DNA of 64,000 bases from NCBI RefSeq assembly GCF_001194135.2, contig NC_069006.1:16322831-16386830 (forward strand), read 5' to 3'. Origin of the DNA: Octopus bimaculoides (taxonomy: Eukaryota). Shown one piece after another: positions 38,781 through 52,073 of the stretch; position 1 is the first letter of the stretch; each line of letters begins with the position of its first letter. A program made the position numbers and the translations under genes. Under the pieces are notes generated by a model, which made no database searches, was not told the origin of the DNA, and saw only the letters and a list, made by a program, of their open reading frames with translations.

Positions 38781-39522
38781 TATGTATATATTAAAGTCCT
38801 ATGAGAGTAGAAAGATGGAGGATTTCAAATGCAGCACTTAACCCAAGCTTGAGGCTATCTTAAATTGTAGTCAGAAGTAAGATCAAAATCTTTCAAGTGT
38901 AGAAAATCCAGATGTCACCTTGATAAATCCTACTGTGTGGGTTTAACAAAGAGTAAACTATAATCCTTATCTGAAGACAAAGAAAGAGTTTATCAATTCT
39001 TTAATGACCAGTTACAATTGTTTCTGAATCAGCTCTATTTTAAATGCCAATTCACACAAAATTCCACATGAAAGTTACGTAATATTTACAGTTTTAAACA
39101 TGAGAGTGGCACTTTGAGCAAACTTGCATCAAAGGTGTGCTCTTATATTGTGCATCTGCAAGTGTTGTGTCAGATTAAGAGGAAACAAGATAAAGATAAA
39201 AATAGAAGTATGAAATCACAAACAAGGTAAATACAATGTTAATACCAAAGCAGATTAAAATATGGGGTAGGAGAAGGATAGCATAATGATTTCCTGCTCT
39301 TTTGTTCGTATTTCTAGAACCAGAGTTGTAATGTCAATGTATACCATGGAATGCACTGAAGAGGTGCCCAACACATCCAAACCAACAAGGAAGTTTGTAT
39401 AAGGTTTAATGAAATATTAGAAATAGCAGCTAAATCTCACTGACACTGCATCTTGTACCTTAAAATAAAGAAGGAACCTTAGATAGTATGGTCTTAGTTC
39501 TACAAAAATATAGAAATATATA

Positions 39523-40200
39523 GGCGTAGGAGTGGCTGTGTGGTAAGTAGCTTGCTTACCAACCACATGGTTCAGGGTTCAGTCCCACTGCATGGCACCT
39601 TGGGCAAGTGTCTTCTACTATAGCCTCGGGCTGACCAAAGCCTTGTGAGTGGATTTGGTAGATGGAAACTGAAAGAAGCCCGTCGTATATATATATATAT
39701 NNNNNNNNNNNNNNNNNNNNNNNNNNNNNNNNNNNNNNNNNNNNNNNNNNNNNNNNNNNNNNNNNNNNNNNNNNNNNNNNNNNNNNNNNNNNNNNNNNNN
39801 NNNNNNNNNNNNNNNNNNNNNNNNNNNNNNNNNNNNNNNNNNNNNNNNNNNNNNNNNNNNNNNNNNNNNNNNNNNNNNNNNNNNNNNNNNNNNNNNNNNN
39901 NNNNNNNNNNNNNNNNNNNNNNNNNNNNNNNNNNNNNNNNNNNNNNNNNNNNNNNNNNNNNNNNNNNNNNNNNNNTATATATTTGTGTTTGTCCCCCACC
40001 CCCACCCCGCAACACCGCTTGACAACCGATGCTGGTGTGTTTACATCTCTGTATCTTAGAGGTTCAGTAAAAGAGACCGATAGAATAAGTACTAGACTTA
40101 CAAACAATAAGTCCTGGGGTCAATTTACTCGTCTAAAAGTGGTGCTCCAGCATGGCCGCAGTCAAATGACTGAAACAAGTAAAAGAGAGTAAAAAGAGAG
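39523..40200 (+). mobile_element. SINE family C with an N-gap in its internal microsatellite
   Basis: Head before and tail after gap 39701-39975. Confidence 0.85.
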
Positions 40201-40382
40201 TATAACCATAAAAACACTGCCTGAACAAAAAAAAAAAAAACAAGATGGCCATGGCTGGAATTCCTTTCATTAAAGACTTGCTTGATTAGCTCATTCTGGT
40301 ACTGAACAGTATCAACGGCTGCCATGGCTTACACATCCACCTTGTGTGTGTATACCAATGGAATTGTCTTTCCTCTTAACAT

Positions 40383-40764
40383 GGCTGGCACTCTGTTGCT
40401 TATGACGTCAAGGGTTCCAGTTGATCCGATCAACGGAACAGCCTGCTTGTGAAATTAACGTGCAAGTGGCTGAGCACTCCACAGACACGTGTACCCTTAA
40501 CGTAATTCTCGGGGATATTCAGCGTGACACAGTGTGACAAGGCTGACCCTTTGAATTACAGGCACAACAGAAACAGGAAGTGAGAGTGAGAGAAAGTTGG
40601 GGTGAAAGAGTACAGCAGGGTTCACCACCATCCCCTGCCAGAGCGTCGTGGAGCTTTAGGTGTTTTCGCTCAATAAACACTCACAACGCCCGGTCTGGGA
40701 ATCGAAACCGCGATCCTATGACCGCGAGTCCGCTGCCCTAACCACTGGGCCATTGCGCCTCCAC
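40383..40764 (-). mobile_element. SINE family A, tail X
   Basis: TSD tcctcttaacat / tcctcttgacat. Confidence 0.9.
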
Positions 40765-41859
40765 TCCTCTTGACATACATCTTACAATATATCTGGTATC
40801 TAGCTGTGTATTCAATTCAGCTGTTGCACTCCGACTTTCACCCCAGTTAATACTGCACACTCAACAGACCTCATTCAACTAATTTCTTTTTCAATAGTTG
40901 GACATCCACAGCATTACAATGGAGAAACAGAATATAGATTACAGTGGTAATCTTTAAATAATGTTGTCATCATGTTAAAAACATTAAATGGTTTACACAC
41001 ATAACAAGTTTTAATAGAGTTGAAATAGCAATTGATATTCAATGTTAAAATGTTGCAGCAGCTGTGATTTTGAAAGGGTTAAAAGCACAACAATTTCATT
41101 CTCATTTCTCGGCTCTTATCAAAGGACATAATTAATTCTTATCCTTCTAAGGTCACATAAGATAAAGACACAGCTTCGATATAATTTGCATTTATGATGG
41201 AAGAAATATGATGCGCTAATAGCAACAGCACACAGCTTTCAATTCATTGATAACTCTATTTTACACAGTATGTCACCTCCAGTTGTTTCTAAATTTGTTA
41301 CCAAGAAAAGAATCACATTTATCTGGCTCAGATTATCTCTCAAACTTTTATTTCATGTCCTTTGTCATATTATTTTAGTGAAATTGTTTTATTACACACA
41401 AACCCCCCCCCCCCCAACAAAACAGCATCTTATTGAATTTCTTTAGTTTGTGATTTGACCTAAGAGCATGCACTGAGAAGTTAGAATATATTGTGGTAGA
41501 GTCATTGTAACAATTAAATCAGAATCCGTATGATTTAACCCTTTAGCATTCAAATTTCTCTGTCAAATGTATTGCTTATTTGTTCACATTGTTTTGAATT
41601 ACTTCTGCATTATTTTGTAGCTTTGAGATTTCAATGACGTGGTTGCATATTTTTAGAATGGCTTTGTAGGGTAGGTGTGAGAGACCTGATCAAGCTTCCT
41701 ACCACATAAATTTGTTTCCACATATACAACAGAAAACCAACATAAATTACAATAGGAAATTTTCACATGCACACTTTTGAATAAGGCGTTCCAACATGGC
41801 CTTGGCCACATGGTTAAAACTAAAAAAAAAAGCATGTAAAAAAAAAAATTGTTGTATAG

Positions 41860-42200
41860 CTGGTATGGCTCAGTAGTCAGAGTGTCAGGCTGACAATCAT
41901 GAGCTAGAGAGTTCGATTGCCAGACTGGGAGTGTGTTGTGGTCTTGAGCAAGACACTTTATTTCACATTGTTCTAGTTCACTCAGCTGTAGAAATGAGTC
42001 GCAACTTCACTGGTGCCAAGCTGTATTGGCCCCTTTGCCTTCCCCTTGGATAACATCTGTGGCATGGAGAGGAGAGGTTGGTAAGCATGGGCAACTGCTG
42101 GTCTTTCGTAAACAACTTTGCCTGGATTTATGCCTTGGAGGGGAACTTTCTACATGCAATCCCATGGCCATTCATGACCAAAGAGTGTCTTTATCCTTTC
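41860..42200 (+). mobile_element. SINE family B with tail Z
   Basis: ggctcagtagtcagagtgtcagg head; cactggtgccaagctgtat tail; also at 59372. Confidence 0.75.
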
Positions 42201-42299
42201 TTTTAGCCAACCCCAAATCAGTCCCAATCAAAAGTATTCTCACCATGGCCATGCTGTGTTTTATTTCAATCTAATGTGATCTGATTTTCTTAAGATTCA

Positions 42300-42670
42300 T
42301 CATCATCATCATCATCATCATCGTCGTTTAACATCCGCTTTCCATGCTAGCATGGGTTGGACGATTTGACTGAGGACTGGTGAAACCAGATGGCAACACC
42401 AGGCTCCAATCTGATTTGGCACAGTTTCTACAGCTGGATGCCCTTCCTAACGCCAACGACTCCGAGAGTGAAGTGGGTGCTTTTACGTGCCACCGGCACA
42501 AAGGCCAGTCAGGCGGTACTGGCAACAGCCACGCTCAAAATGGTGTATTTTATGTGCCACCCGCACAAGAGCCAGTCCAGGGGCACTGGCAACGATCTCG
42601 CTCGAAAGTCCTTACACATGCCACGGGCACAAGTGCCAGAAAGGCAACACTGGGCACAGGTGCCATCCCG
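42300..42670 (-). mobile_element. RTE 3' UTR fragment
   Basis: (cat)n tail plus conserved UTR. Confidence 0.8.
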
Positions 42671-43047
42671 ATTCTAGAATATAATTTAAAAGAGATGTAG
42701 CTGCTTGTTCTTATTTCTAGCATATCATGCAACCACTAGAAACCTCCTTACTGGCCTCAAATTCTGTAGCATGTTGCAGTTAAGAAGGAAAGAGATTAAG
42801 AGATTTCCAGAATAAAGCACCTGCAGCAGAAAGCGAACTGAAAACTCACTGTGATGGTGAACATCCAAGATAGTAAATGAGAACAAACAAGCTCTCTTCT
42901 ACAGTTGATGTTGATTACAAGTAAAAAATGAATATTTAATTCTAAAAAAAGTACAGCGCATCAGGCTGAAAACAAATTAGCCAGTTTTAGCCAACAATTT
43001 TCTGTTCAGTAAATCAAGATCCAAGATAATTACCACATTTCTAAACA

Positions 43048-43105
43048 ATGATGATGATGGTGGTGGTGGTGGTGGTGGTGGTGGTGGTGGTTGTTCTGGT
43101 GGTGG

Positions 43106-43140
<35 letters not shown>

Positions 43141-43545
43141 TGGAAGGTGGGGAGGAGGAGAGGGGAAGAGGAAGAAGAAAAAGAGGAAAAGGAGAAAAGG
43201 AGAAGAAAGAGAAAGTGGAGGAGGAAGAGAAAGCGGAGGAGGAAGAGAAAGCGGAGGAGGAAGAGAAAGCGGAGGAGGAAGAAGAGGATGAAGGGAGGAG
43301 GAAGTGTAAGGAGGGAGGAGGAAGTGGAAGAAGGGAGGAGGAAGTGGAAGAAGGGAGGAGGAGAGAAGGAAGTGGAGGAGGAGGGGGAAGGAAGGAATAG
43401 AGGAGAAAGAGGAGGAATGAAGTTAATGAGGAGAAAGGGTAGGAGAGGAGACAGAAGAGGAAGAGGACGAGAAAGAAGACGAGAAAGAGGAGTAATAGGG
43501 GAGAAGAGGAGGAAAATGAGAGAAGTGGAAGGCAAGAGAGAACAA
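43048..43545. repeat. Compound (GAT)/(GGT)n and GA-rich tract with an 18-bp unit x3
   Basis: ggaggaggaagagaaagc repeated from about 43216. Confidence 0.9.
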
Positions 43546-44175
43546 TGACTTTAATAATAATAATAATAATGGCTTTGCCTTTAAATGAAGTCCAATTTTG
43601 GAATTGAAGAAAAATTAGGAATAACCAATTACTTGAAGCAATCTTTGGTAAATACGTCATTAAAAGAAATAATGAGTCTGTTATTTTTTTAATTTTTCTG
43701 TTTTTATCTTTAGGTATTTTAGTTAATAATCACTGATTAACAACAAGCTAATTAAAGGTGATTCTTTATAATTAAAACAAAATATTAAAACTTTTTTTAA
43801 AAATTCATGATGGTAAAACAAAATATATAATTTTTATTTTTTTTTTAAGAATATCAGAACTTCATTAATAAAGAAAATATTATCTTGATCGTTATCCTTT
43901 TATTTTCATGTGAATATGGACTATAATGAGTGTGTGAAAACTTTCAACTCAAAGCTATCTATGTAATCCAACCCAACATCAATCTATCATTGAGACTTAA
44001 CTTTCTAAAGATTTTATCCAACCACATCTTATGCCACCAGCAACACATCACATCCTCAGTTTCCACTTTGAAAATGAATTCAAAATGTAAATAGTTAGTA
44101 CCTAGAGAAGTGGTTCTGCACTGGTGTGCCATGGAGTTTAAAAGATATAATTTAGGATTTTAGAAAATTCATGTT

Positions 44176-44334
44176 CAGGAGTGGCTGTGTGGTAAGTAGC
44201 TTGCTTAACAACCACATGGTTCTGGGTTCAGTCCCACTGCATGGCACCTTGGGCAAGTGTCTTCTACTATAGCCTCGGGCCAACTAAAGCCTTGTGAGTG
44301 GATATGGTAGACGGAAACTGAAAGAAGCCTGTCG

Positions 44335-44377
<43 letters not shown>

Positions 44378-44489
44378 ATATGTTTGTGTGTCTGTGTTTA
44401 TTCCCCCCCCCCAACATTGCTTGACAACCAATGTTGGTGTGTCTACGGCCCCGTAACTTTTGCAGTTCAGCAAAAGAGACCGATAGAAT
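44176..44489 (+). mobile_element. SINE family C running into an N-gap
   Basis: Head, microsatellite and start of tail. Confidence 0.85.
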
Positions 44490-45261
44490 NNNNNNNNNNN
44501 NNNNNNNNNNNNNNNNNNNNNNNNNNNNNNNNNNNNNNNNNNNNNNNNNNNNNNNNNNNNNNNNNNNNNNNNNNNNNNNNNNNNNNNNNNNNNNNNNNNN
44601 NNNNNNNNNNNNNNNNNNNNNNNNNNNNNNNNNNNNNNNNNNNNNNNNNNNNNNNNNNNNNNNNNNNNNNNNNNNNNNNNNNNNNNNNNNNNNNNNNNNN
44701 NNNNNNNNNNNNNNNNNNNNNNNNNNNNNNNNNNNNNNNNNNNNNNNNNNNNNNNNNNNNNNNNNNNNNNNNNNNNNNNNNNNNNNNNNNNNNNNNNNNN
44801 NNNNNNNNNNNNNNNNNNNNNNNNNNNNNNNNNNNNNNNNNNNNNNNNNNNNNNNNNNNNNNNNNNNNNNNNNNNNNNNNNNNNNNNNNNNNNNNNNNNN
44901 NNNNNNNNNNNNNNNNNNNNNNNNNNNNNNNNNNNNNNNNNNNNNNNNNNNNNNNNNNNNNNNNNNNNNNNNNNNNNNNNNNNNNNNNNNNNNNNNNNNN
45001 NNNNNNNNNNNNNNNNNNNNNNNNNNNNNNNNNNNNNNNNNNNNNNNNNNNNNNNNNNNNNNNNNNNNNNNNNNNNNNNNNNNNNNNNNNNNNNNNNNNN
45101 NNNNNNNNNNNNNNNNNNNNNNNNNNNNNNNNNNNNNNNNNNNNNNNNNNNNNNNNNNNNNNNNNNNNNNNNNNNNNNNNNNNNNNNNNNNNNNNNNNNN
45201 NNNNNNNNNNNNNNNNNNNNNNNNNNNNNNNNNNNNNNNNNNNNNNNNNNNNNNNNNNNNN

Positions 45262-45372
45262 GTGATGAGGGCGGTGGTGATGAGGGCGGTGGTGATGAGG
45301 GCGGTGGTGATGAGGGTGGTGGTGATGAGGGTGGTGGTGATGAGGGTGGTGGTGATGAGGGTGGTGGTGATG
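45262..45372. repeat. 15-bp minisatellite (gtgatgaggg[c/t]ggtg) x7
   Basis: Direct reading; begins at the gap edge. Confidence 0.9.
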
Positions 45373-45809
45373 ATTTCTTTTATTTGCTACAGGGGAATGA
45401 GATGAGGGATGACACTAGAATGTGTGTGGAGGTTTACATAAAAGATAAAGGGGAAAAAAAGAGATAAGAAGGGGAAATGAGGTAAAAAGTATTCATGATT
45501 TGTAAACTATGTAAACACATGGATAACGCAGTCCTCCTGATACAAGAAAGCTTCTAACAAGGACCAATCAAGAAACTGCATGCATCCAGGATGACCCTGA
45601 CCAATGAAGGCACAAACCCCTCACCCCCACCCAACTATTGTTTCCCAATCTACTAGTGTGCGTACCATTTACAATAACCATTTTTTCCATAGTCACTAAC
45701 CTTTTGACAAATTCACTTGGGGAGCAAACTTGTATAATCTTTGTTACAGGTGGATGGTGGGGAGATCCTCCAGATGGATTCAGGCAATAACCACATTCAT
45801 CCTACATAT

Positions 45810-45849
<40 letters not shown>

Positions 45850-46241
45850 TAATGGCATATTCATACCTTTGACAAATCATGGCTTGTTCCTCCTCCATTT
45901 ATTTCTGTCTCTCGCAACATCACCCAGGTCTTTCTCTCGTTCTGCACATTCATTCTCTTCTTCATCATATGGCAACATCTGTTTAACAGAACTCCACAAA
46001 TCAGCCATGCTTGAACTCTGCATGAGTGCACGCAGTGCAGTTTTATCACCTTGTGCACATCTCAAATACTCCCAACAACAGAGATTTGTCTTCTATTTTT
46101 GGCAGATTATTACTTTGGTCTTTTCCACTGGCTTCACAGGCTTCTGTCTTGTATTACAGTTAGTTGCAATGGCAGATAGAAATGTTTTTCAAATGTATTA
46201 GCAACAGCATGTACAAAAAGGAAAGAGCTTTACATTAGTAT

Positions 46242-46630
46242 TGTTGTTGCTGGCACTCCGTCGCTTACGACGTCAAGGGTTCCTGTTGATCCGATCAACG
46301 GAACAGCCTGCTCGTGAAATTAATGTGCAAGTGGCTGAGCACTCCACAGACACGTGTACCCTTAACGTAGTTCTCGGGGGAGATTCAGCGTGACACAGTG
46401 TGACAAGGCTGGCCCTTTGAAATACAGGCACAACGGAAACAGGAAGTAAGTGTGAGAGAAAGTTGTGGTGGAAGAGTACAGCAGGGTTTGCCACCATCCC
46501 CTGCCAGAGCCTCGTGGAGCTTTAGGCGTTTTCGCTCAATAAACACTCACAACGCCCGGTCTGGGAATCAAAACCGCAATCCTATGATTGCGAGTCCACT
46601 GCCCTAACCACTGGGCCATTGCATCTCCAC
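46242..46630 (-). mobile_element. SINE family A, tail X
   Basis: Perfect 13-bp TSD tttacattagtat (46229-46241 / 46631-46643). Confidence 0.9.
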
Positions 46631-47211
46631 TTTACATTAGTATAGAACCATAAGAAAGCACAAAATAGTTTTCAATGTTACAAGAAATAAATAAATGAGT
46701 TATCAAGTTAGCTACTGCAAAAATAGCAAGTGTAAAACAGAAAAGGCAATCAAAATCAAATCAAATGACCAATGAATGTGTTAGTTAGTAGGAAGGTCAC
46801 CTAAAATGGAAATTAGGTGGGTGAGGTTAAGAAGTAATTAAGTAGAAAGAAAAGGCAATATTGCTTTCCTACACAGCACCCTCTTCCCCCACCCTAGCTA
46901 GTATTCCAATGACCATTATGGGGTGGGTATAACATTTTAGATCTAGTCTCACATAAACAAACACTTTCCAATCGTAGTGAACTTATTCTTTTACAAATAT
47001 TCTCAGATTTTACAATGGTTGATACACATGGACTGATCTTTAACCTCTTAGTATTTTATTACATTTTGCTAGTGTTGTATTTTTAAGTATTTAAATGTAT
47101 TTACATACTTTATAGTGTCTTACACCAATATCAATAACACATGCACTGGTTCAATTCCACTCCTTTATTATTCGTCATTTCATTTTCTACCCAATCGATT
47201 GCTTGCTTAAC

Positions 47212-47415
47212 TTACTCTTTTACTTGTTTCAGCCATTTGACTGCAGCCATGCTGGAGCACCGCCTTTAGTCGAGCAAATCGACCCCAGGACTTATTCTTT
47301 GTAAGCCTAGTACTTATTCTATCGGTCTCTTTTGCCGAACCGCTAAGTTACGGGGACGTAAACACGCCACCATCGGTTGTCAAGTGATGTTGGGGCGACA
47401 AACACAGACATACAA

Positions 47416-47498
<83 letters not shown>

Positions 47499-47680
47499 TA
47501 TATATATATATACATATATACGACGGGCTTCTTTCAGTTTCCGTCTACCAAATCCACTCACAAGGCTTTGGTCGGCCCGAGGCTATAGTAGAAGACACTT
47601 GCCCAAGGTGCCACGCAGTGGGAATGAACCCGGGACCATGTGGTTGGTAAGCAAGCTACTTACCACACAGCCACTCCTGG
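47212..47680 (-). mobile_element. SINE family C, young full-length copy
   Basis: CpG-rich; long internal (CA)n. Confidence 0.9.
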
Positions 47681-47852
47681 GTTAAACAGTCAATTATTTG
47701 TTGTGTGTTTTGTTTTATTCATCAAAGCCCTTTCGTTGCTATTTGCAGCCTTTTCAGTGATTTCTCCCTTAGTCCATTATGGAGATCATGTTTGTCTGTC
47801 TGACACCTTGTTGCTTGTATGTGTACAGAATATGATCAGTGTCTGCATGCAT

Positions 47853-48170
47853 GTGGAGGCGCAATGGCCCAGTGGTTAGGGCAGCAGACTCGCGGTCGGA
47901 GGATCACGGTTTCGATTCCCAGACCGGGCATTGTGAGTGTTTATTAAGCGAAAACACCTAAGCTCCACGAGGCTCTGGCAGGGGTTGGTGGCGACCCCTG
48001 TTGTACTCTTTCGCCCCAACTTTCTCTCACTCTTTCTTCCTGTTTCTTGAGTAACGCTGCGATGGACTGGCGTCCCGTCCAGCTGGGAGGAACACATACG
48101 CCATAGAAACCGGGAAACGGGCCCACAAGCCTGGCTAGGCTTTGAAAGGGCGACGTTTATCGTTTTATCA
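47853..48170 (+). mobile_element. SINE family A head with alternative tail Y
   Basis: 11-bp TSD tctgcatgcat; tail gctgcgatggactggcgtcccgtccag. Confidence 0.85.
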
Positions 48171-48206
48171 TCTGCATGCATATGTACAGATATATTATTG
48201 TGTGTA

Positions 48207-48422
48207 AGAGGGGGTGCTGAAAAGTTCCAGACTTTAGGTAAAAGAAAAATACGGGAGGATCAGTTAATTATGATTTTATGCAACATATTCCACTCTCAGA
48301 TTCACACACTTATTGCAGCAGTCCTTCAGTTTTTCTAAGCCCTGTAAAAGTACGTGGAAGGTTGGGCCTCCAACCCGGCCTTTCACAATACCCTTAAAGC
48401 CAGAACCTCTTCAGCGCCTCCT
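48207..48422. mobile_element. Mariner-derived MITE
   Basis: ggggtgctgaaaagttcc TIR; minus strand LQGLEKLKDCCNKCVNLRVEYVA*. Confidence 0.8.
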
Positions 48423-48907
48423 AATGTGTATTTTCTTGTGTGTGTGTGTGTGACTATGTACACATGTGCGTATATAGGTATGTATATCTGTATGTATTCA
48501 TTTGCTTATTTCTCCTTACGAAAGATTATCCTTCTTAACAATGTGCTTATGAATGTGTCTTCTCTATATCCTCTCTCTCTCTCCCTCCCTTTTCTATATG
48601 TTTATTATTTAACCATATACTTATTTTTACATTTTTAACTTTTTATTTGTTTATTTATTCATTAGTTAAATTCTACTTCTACTTCATTTACTCAATTATA
48701 AACTATTGACACATTATCCCACACACCTTGGGAGTATACTACATTTATTAGCTTTTAATCCCCAAATCAGCCTACACATTTGAAGTTAGGCATTAATCTG
48801 GTCAAATTCTTAGCCTACACTTAGTATAACTATAATCACATTATCCTCTACTAGTAATATTGTTATTATTGTTATGGTTTTACTATTTCATTATTAATAT
48901 CATTATT

Positions 48908-49598
48908 AGGGCTGCAAGCTGGCAGAATCATTAGCACACCTGTAAAAATGCTTAATGGCATTTTTTCTGGCTTCACATTCTGATTTCAAATTCTGCTGGG
49001 ATCAACTTTGACTTTTATCCTTGATAATAAGTACCAGTTATGCTCTGGAGTCAATGTAATCAACTAGACCCTCCTTCCCCAAAATTTCAGGCCTTGTGCC
49101 TTTAATAGAAAAAAATTATAAATATCATTATTATTTGTCTTACTGTTGCTATCATTAGAATTATTGCAAGTGTTGACACTCCAGCTATTATTCATCATAA
49201 TAATACCATGTTCATCATCATCATCATCGTCCTCATAATATTAATATTATTATATTTAACCCTTTGGTGTTTGCATTATTCTGCCAAAATTAATGCTTTT
49301 TTATTCACATTGTTTTGAACTAATCATGCATTATCTTATAGCTACGAGATTCTGATGAGGTAGCTATTAATTTTTTAAATGATATTGTAGGGTCGATGTG
49401 AGAGACCCAGATCCAGCCAGTTTGAACATAAAACAGGCAGAATACTTTTGGCCGGATATGGCCGGTTTAAATGCTAAAGGGTTAAAGCGGCAAGCTAGCA
49501 GAAACGTTAGCACAGCAGGTGAAATACTTAGCAGTATTCCATCTGCCACTACATTCAAATTCCCCCAAATTTCAGGCCTTGTGCCTATAGTAGAAAGG

Positions 49599-49638
<40 letters not shown>

Positions 49639-49790
49639 TTAAGGTGGCAAGCTGGCGGAATCGTTAGCACACCAGGTAAAATGCTTAGTAGCATTTCATC
49701 AGTCTTTATGTTCTGAGTTCAAATTCTGGTCAACTTTGCTTTTCACCCTTTTGGGGGGGGTCGATAAATCAAGTACCAATGAAACACTGA
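48908..49790. mobile_element. Cluster: SINE D (48908-49115), MITE 1 (49256-49485, -), SINE D x2 (49487-49600, 49640-49790)
   Basis: caagctggcagaatc heads; ttaaccctttgg...aatgctaaagggttaa. Confidence 0.75.
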
Positions 49791-50766
49791 CCAATTTCAT
49801 TGAAATAGTTAATTCTGGGACACCGAGTGTGTGTTTTACTATCTCCTTGACTTGACATCATGTGATAGTTGTAAATAAGTATCCCTGTAATGCAAGCAGT
49901 GTCCTTCATTTCAAATATTCTAAGAAAACATGTCTGGTCACAGGAAAATATTACTTTACCTGGAAACAAATGAGGTATATGACCATAATAAATTTGCCTC
50001 GGCAAGTTCTGTCTAACCCATGCAAGCATGGAAAAGTGAACAAGCAGGAGGAGGAGAAGGAGGAGATGATGATAAAGTAATCAAGTTTGCTACAGATGTA
50101 CAAAGCAGAAACAAGAGAAGAAGAGGTGAAAAATGGATTAAAATTATAGATTTCTGAATGCTGCAAATGAGGAATAGAGAAATTCGTTTAAAAAAAAAAA
50201 AAAAGAATAATTTCAATGAATTCCATAGAGAAATTTCACTAAATTCCACTCAAACCTTGATTAGTTGGATATTTTTCATATTCAATTATACCAAAAAAAA
50301 AAAAATATTAATAATCAGAATTGAGTATTTTATTTCTGTATTTCTTATAATTTTTTTTTTTTTTTTTTTTCCATTGAGGGAGTGCTGTAATATAATGGTC
50401 TGCTTAGTATAGTTTAATAAATTTGTGATAAAGTTTTAATTGTAGCAGAGGGTGTGGTGGGTGCTTTGGAAGGGAAAGAAGAGAAACGTTACTGCTACAT
50501 CATATCTCAATACATGCTCTGTTGCTCCCCCCATCAACCTGTGTAAATCTTCAGACCCCCCACCTCCGCAAATCACTTCAATACCCATGTCTTTCCACTG
50601 TGCAACATCGTATTTATGTTTCATACATACAGTCATCCTTTTGGATGTACAGACAGCTCCACCGCTTCTTTACTCAAGCTGCCATACTTTTGCATGCAGC
50701 CACTCACCATCTCCAACAATGATCATAACAATGAGGTGATGGATACTAACAAATGAAAAAAAGCGT

Positions 50767-50769
<3 letters not shown>

Positions 50770-50816
<47 letters not shown>

Positions 50817-51205
50817 GTTTCAGTCATTTGACTGCGGCCATGCTGGAGCACCGCCTTTAGTCGAGCAAATCGACCCCAGGACTTATTCTTTGTAAGCCTA
50901 GTACTTATTCTATCGGTCTCTTTTGCCGAACCACTAAGTTACGGGGACGTAAACACACCAGCATTGGTTGTCAAGCGATGGTGGGGGGACAAACACAGAC
51001 ACACAAACACACATACATATATATATATATATACATATATACGACGGGCTTCTTTCAGTTTCCGTCTACCAAATCCACTCACAAGGCTTTGGTCGGCCCA
51101 AGGCTATAGTAGAAGACACTTGCCCAAGGTGCCACGCAGTGGGACTAAACCCGGAACCATGTGGTTGGTAAGCAAGCTACTTACCACACAGCCACTCCTG
51201 CGCCT
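50770..51205 (-). mobile_element. SINE family C, young, with a 43-nt poly(A) end
   Basis: T-run 50770-50812 adjoining the 3' terminus. Confidence 0.85.
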
Positions 51206-51946
51206 ATATGTGATCAATCGGCTTGTTAGAAATATCAGCCAAATCTCCCTCAAATCGCACACTATCATCTTAAAAATTGCACATTGGAAAATGTAGTCTT
51301 AGATGCACTATTTGAATAAAAGACATGGTGCCACTCATCAACATACCACTGACTCTCTTAGTAACAGTATTGGGCCTTCGTTTCAAGAGTGCTCCAGCTG
51401 CTAATATGTTGTGCTTCTGTCCATATGAAATACTGGTTCTCTGTCAGTCAGCCTATCAGAGATAACATGCTTGAGTAAGTACATACAGCTGCCACTGAAT
51501 ACGGAGAGGTTGGCATGGGTGCCAGTCATTGGATTCGGTTCACGGATTTAGAATTTTTCATCGGTGATTCATGCTGACGAAAGTTGAGGCCCAAGGGCTA
51601 GAACTCAAAACCATGGTACATGAATATCCAAATGACATAATCTTTAATGGTATATTTTTAGTTGTTTAATTCTTTAACCATTTGCTCGCTTACTGTTGAC
51701 TCTCATATTTCGGTGATTTCGGTTGTAGATTTGTGATTCTGACTTCTATTTCTAAACAGGTTGATGCCTTATGCATCCTTAAGCTTAGTGCTAATTTTTA
51801 ATTTTAATGTATAGCTATATAATGTTATTAAAAAACCTGTGAACCACCTATATTACCATTGTTATTATTATCAATTACTTACATTCACCACAGATAATAT
51901 TGACAATGATAATATCTTTCTTCAAGTGTTTACATTCGAATTTTAC

Positions 51947-51992
<46 letters not shown>

Positions 51993-52073
51993 NNNNNNNN
52001 NNNNNNNNNNNNNNNNNNNNNNNNNNNNNNNNNNNNNNNNNNNNNNNNNNNNNNNNNNNNNNNNNNNNNNNNN

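Noticed and set aside
42977-43660. 227-aa minus-strand ORF and overlapping E/R/P/S-rich ORFs
   Set aside because: Translations of a trinucleotide and GA-rich low-complexity tract; no splice or domain evidence.
7555-50745. Other isolated minus-strand exon candidates (CVEHHMNLIQVIPFWK at 7.6 kb, LVVILNEMGGPKM at 14.95 kb, LNFTLNSPEENGLFFA at 22.7 kb, IHHLIVMIIVGD at 50.7 kb)
   Set aside because: They do not chain into a consistent phase series or a recognisable protein.
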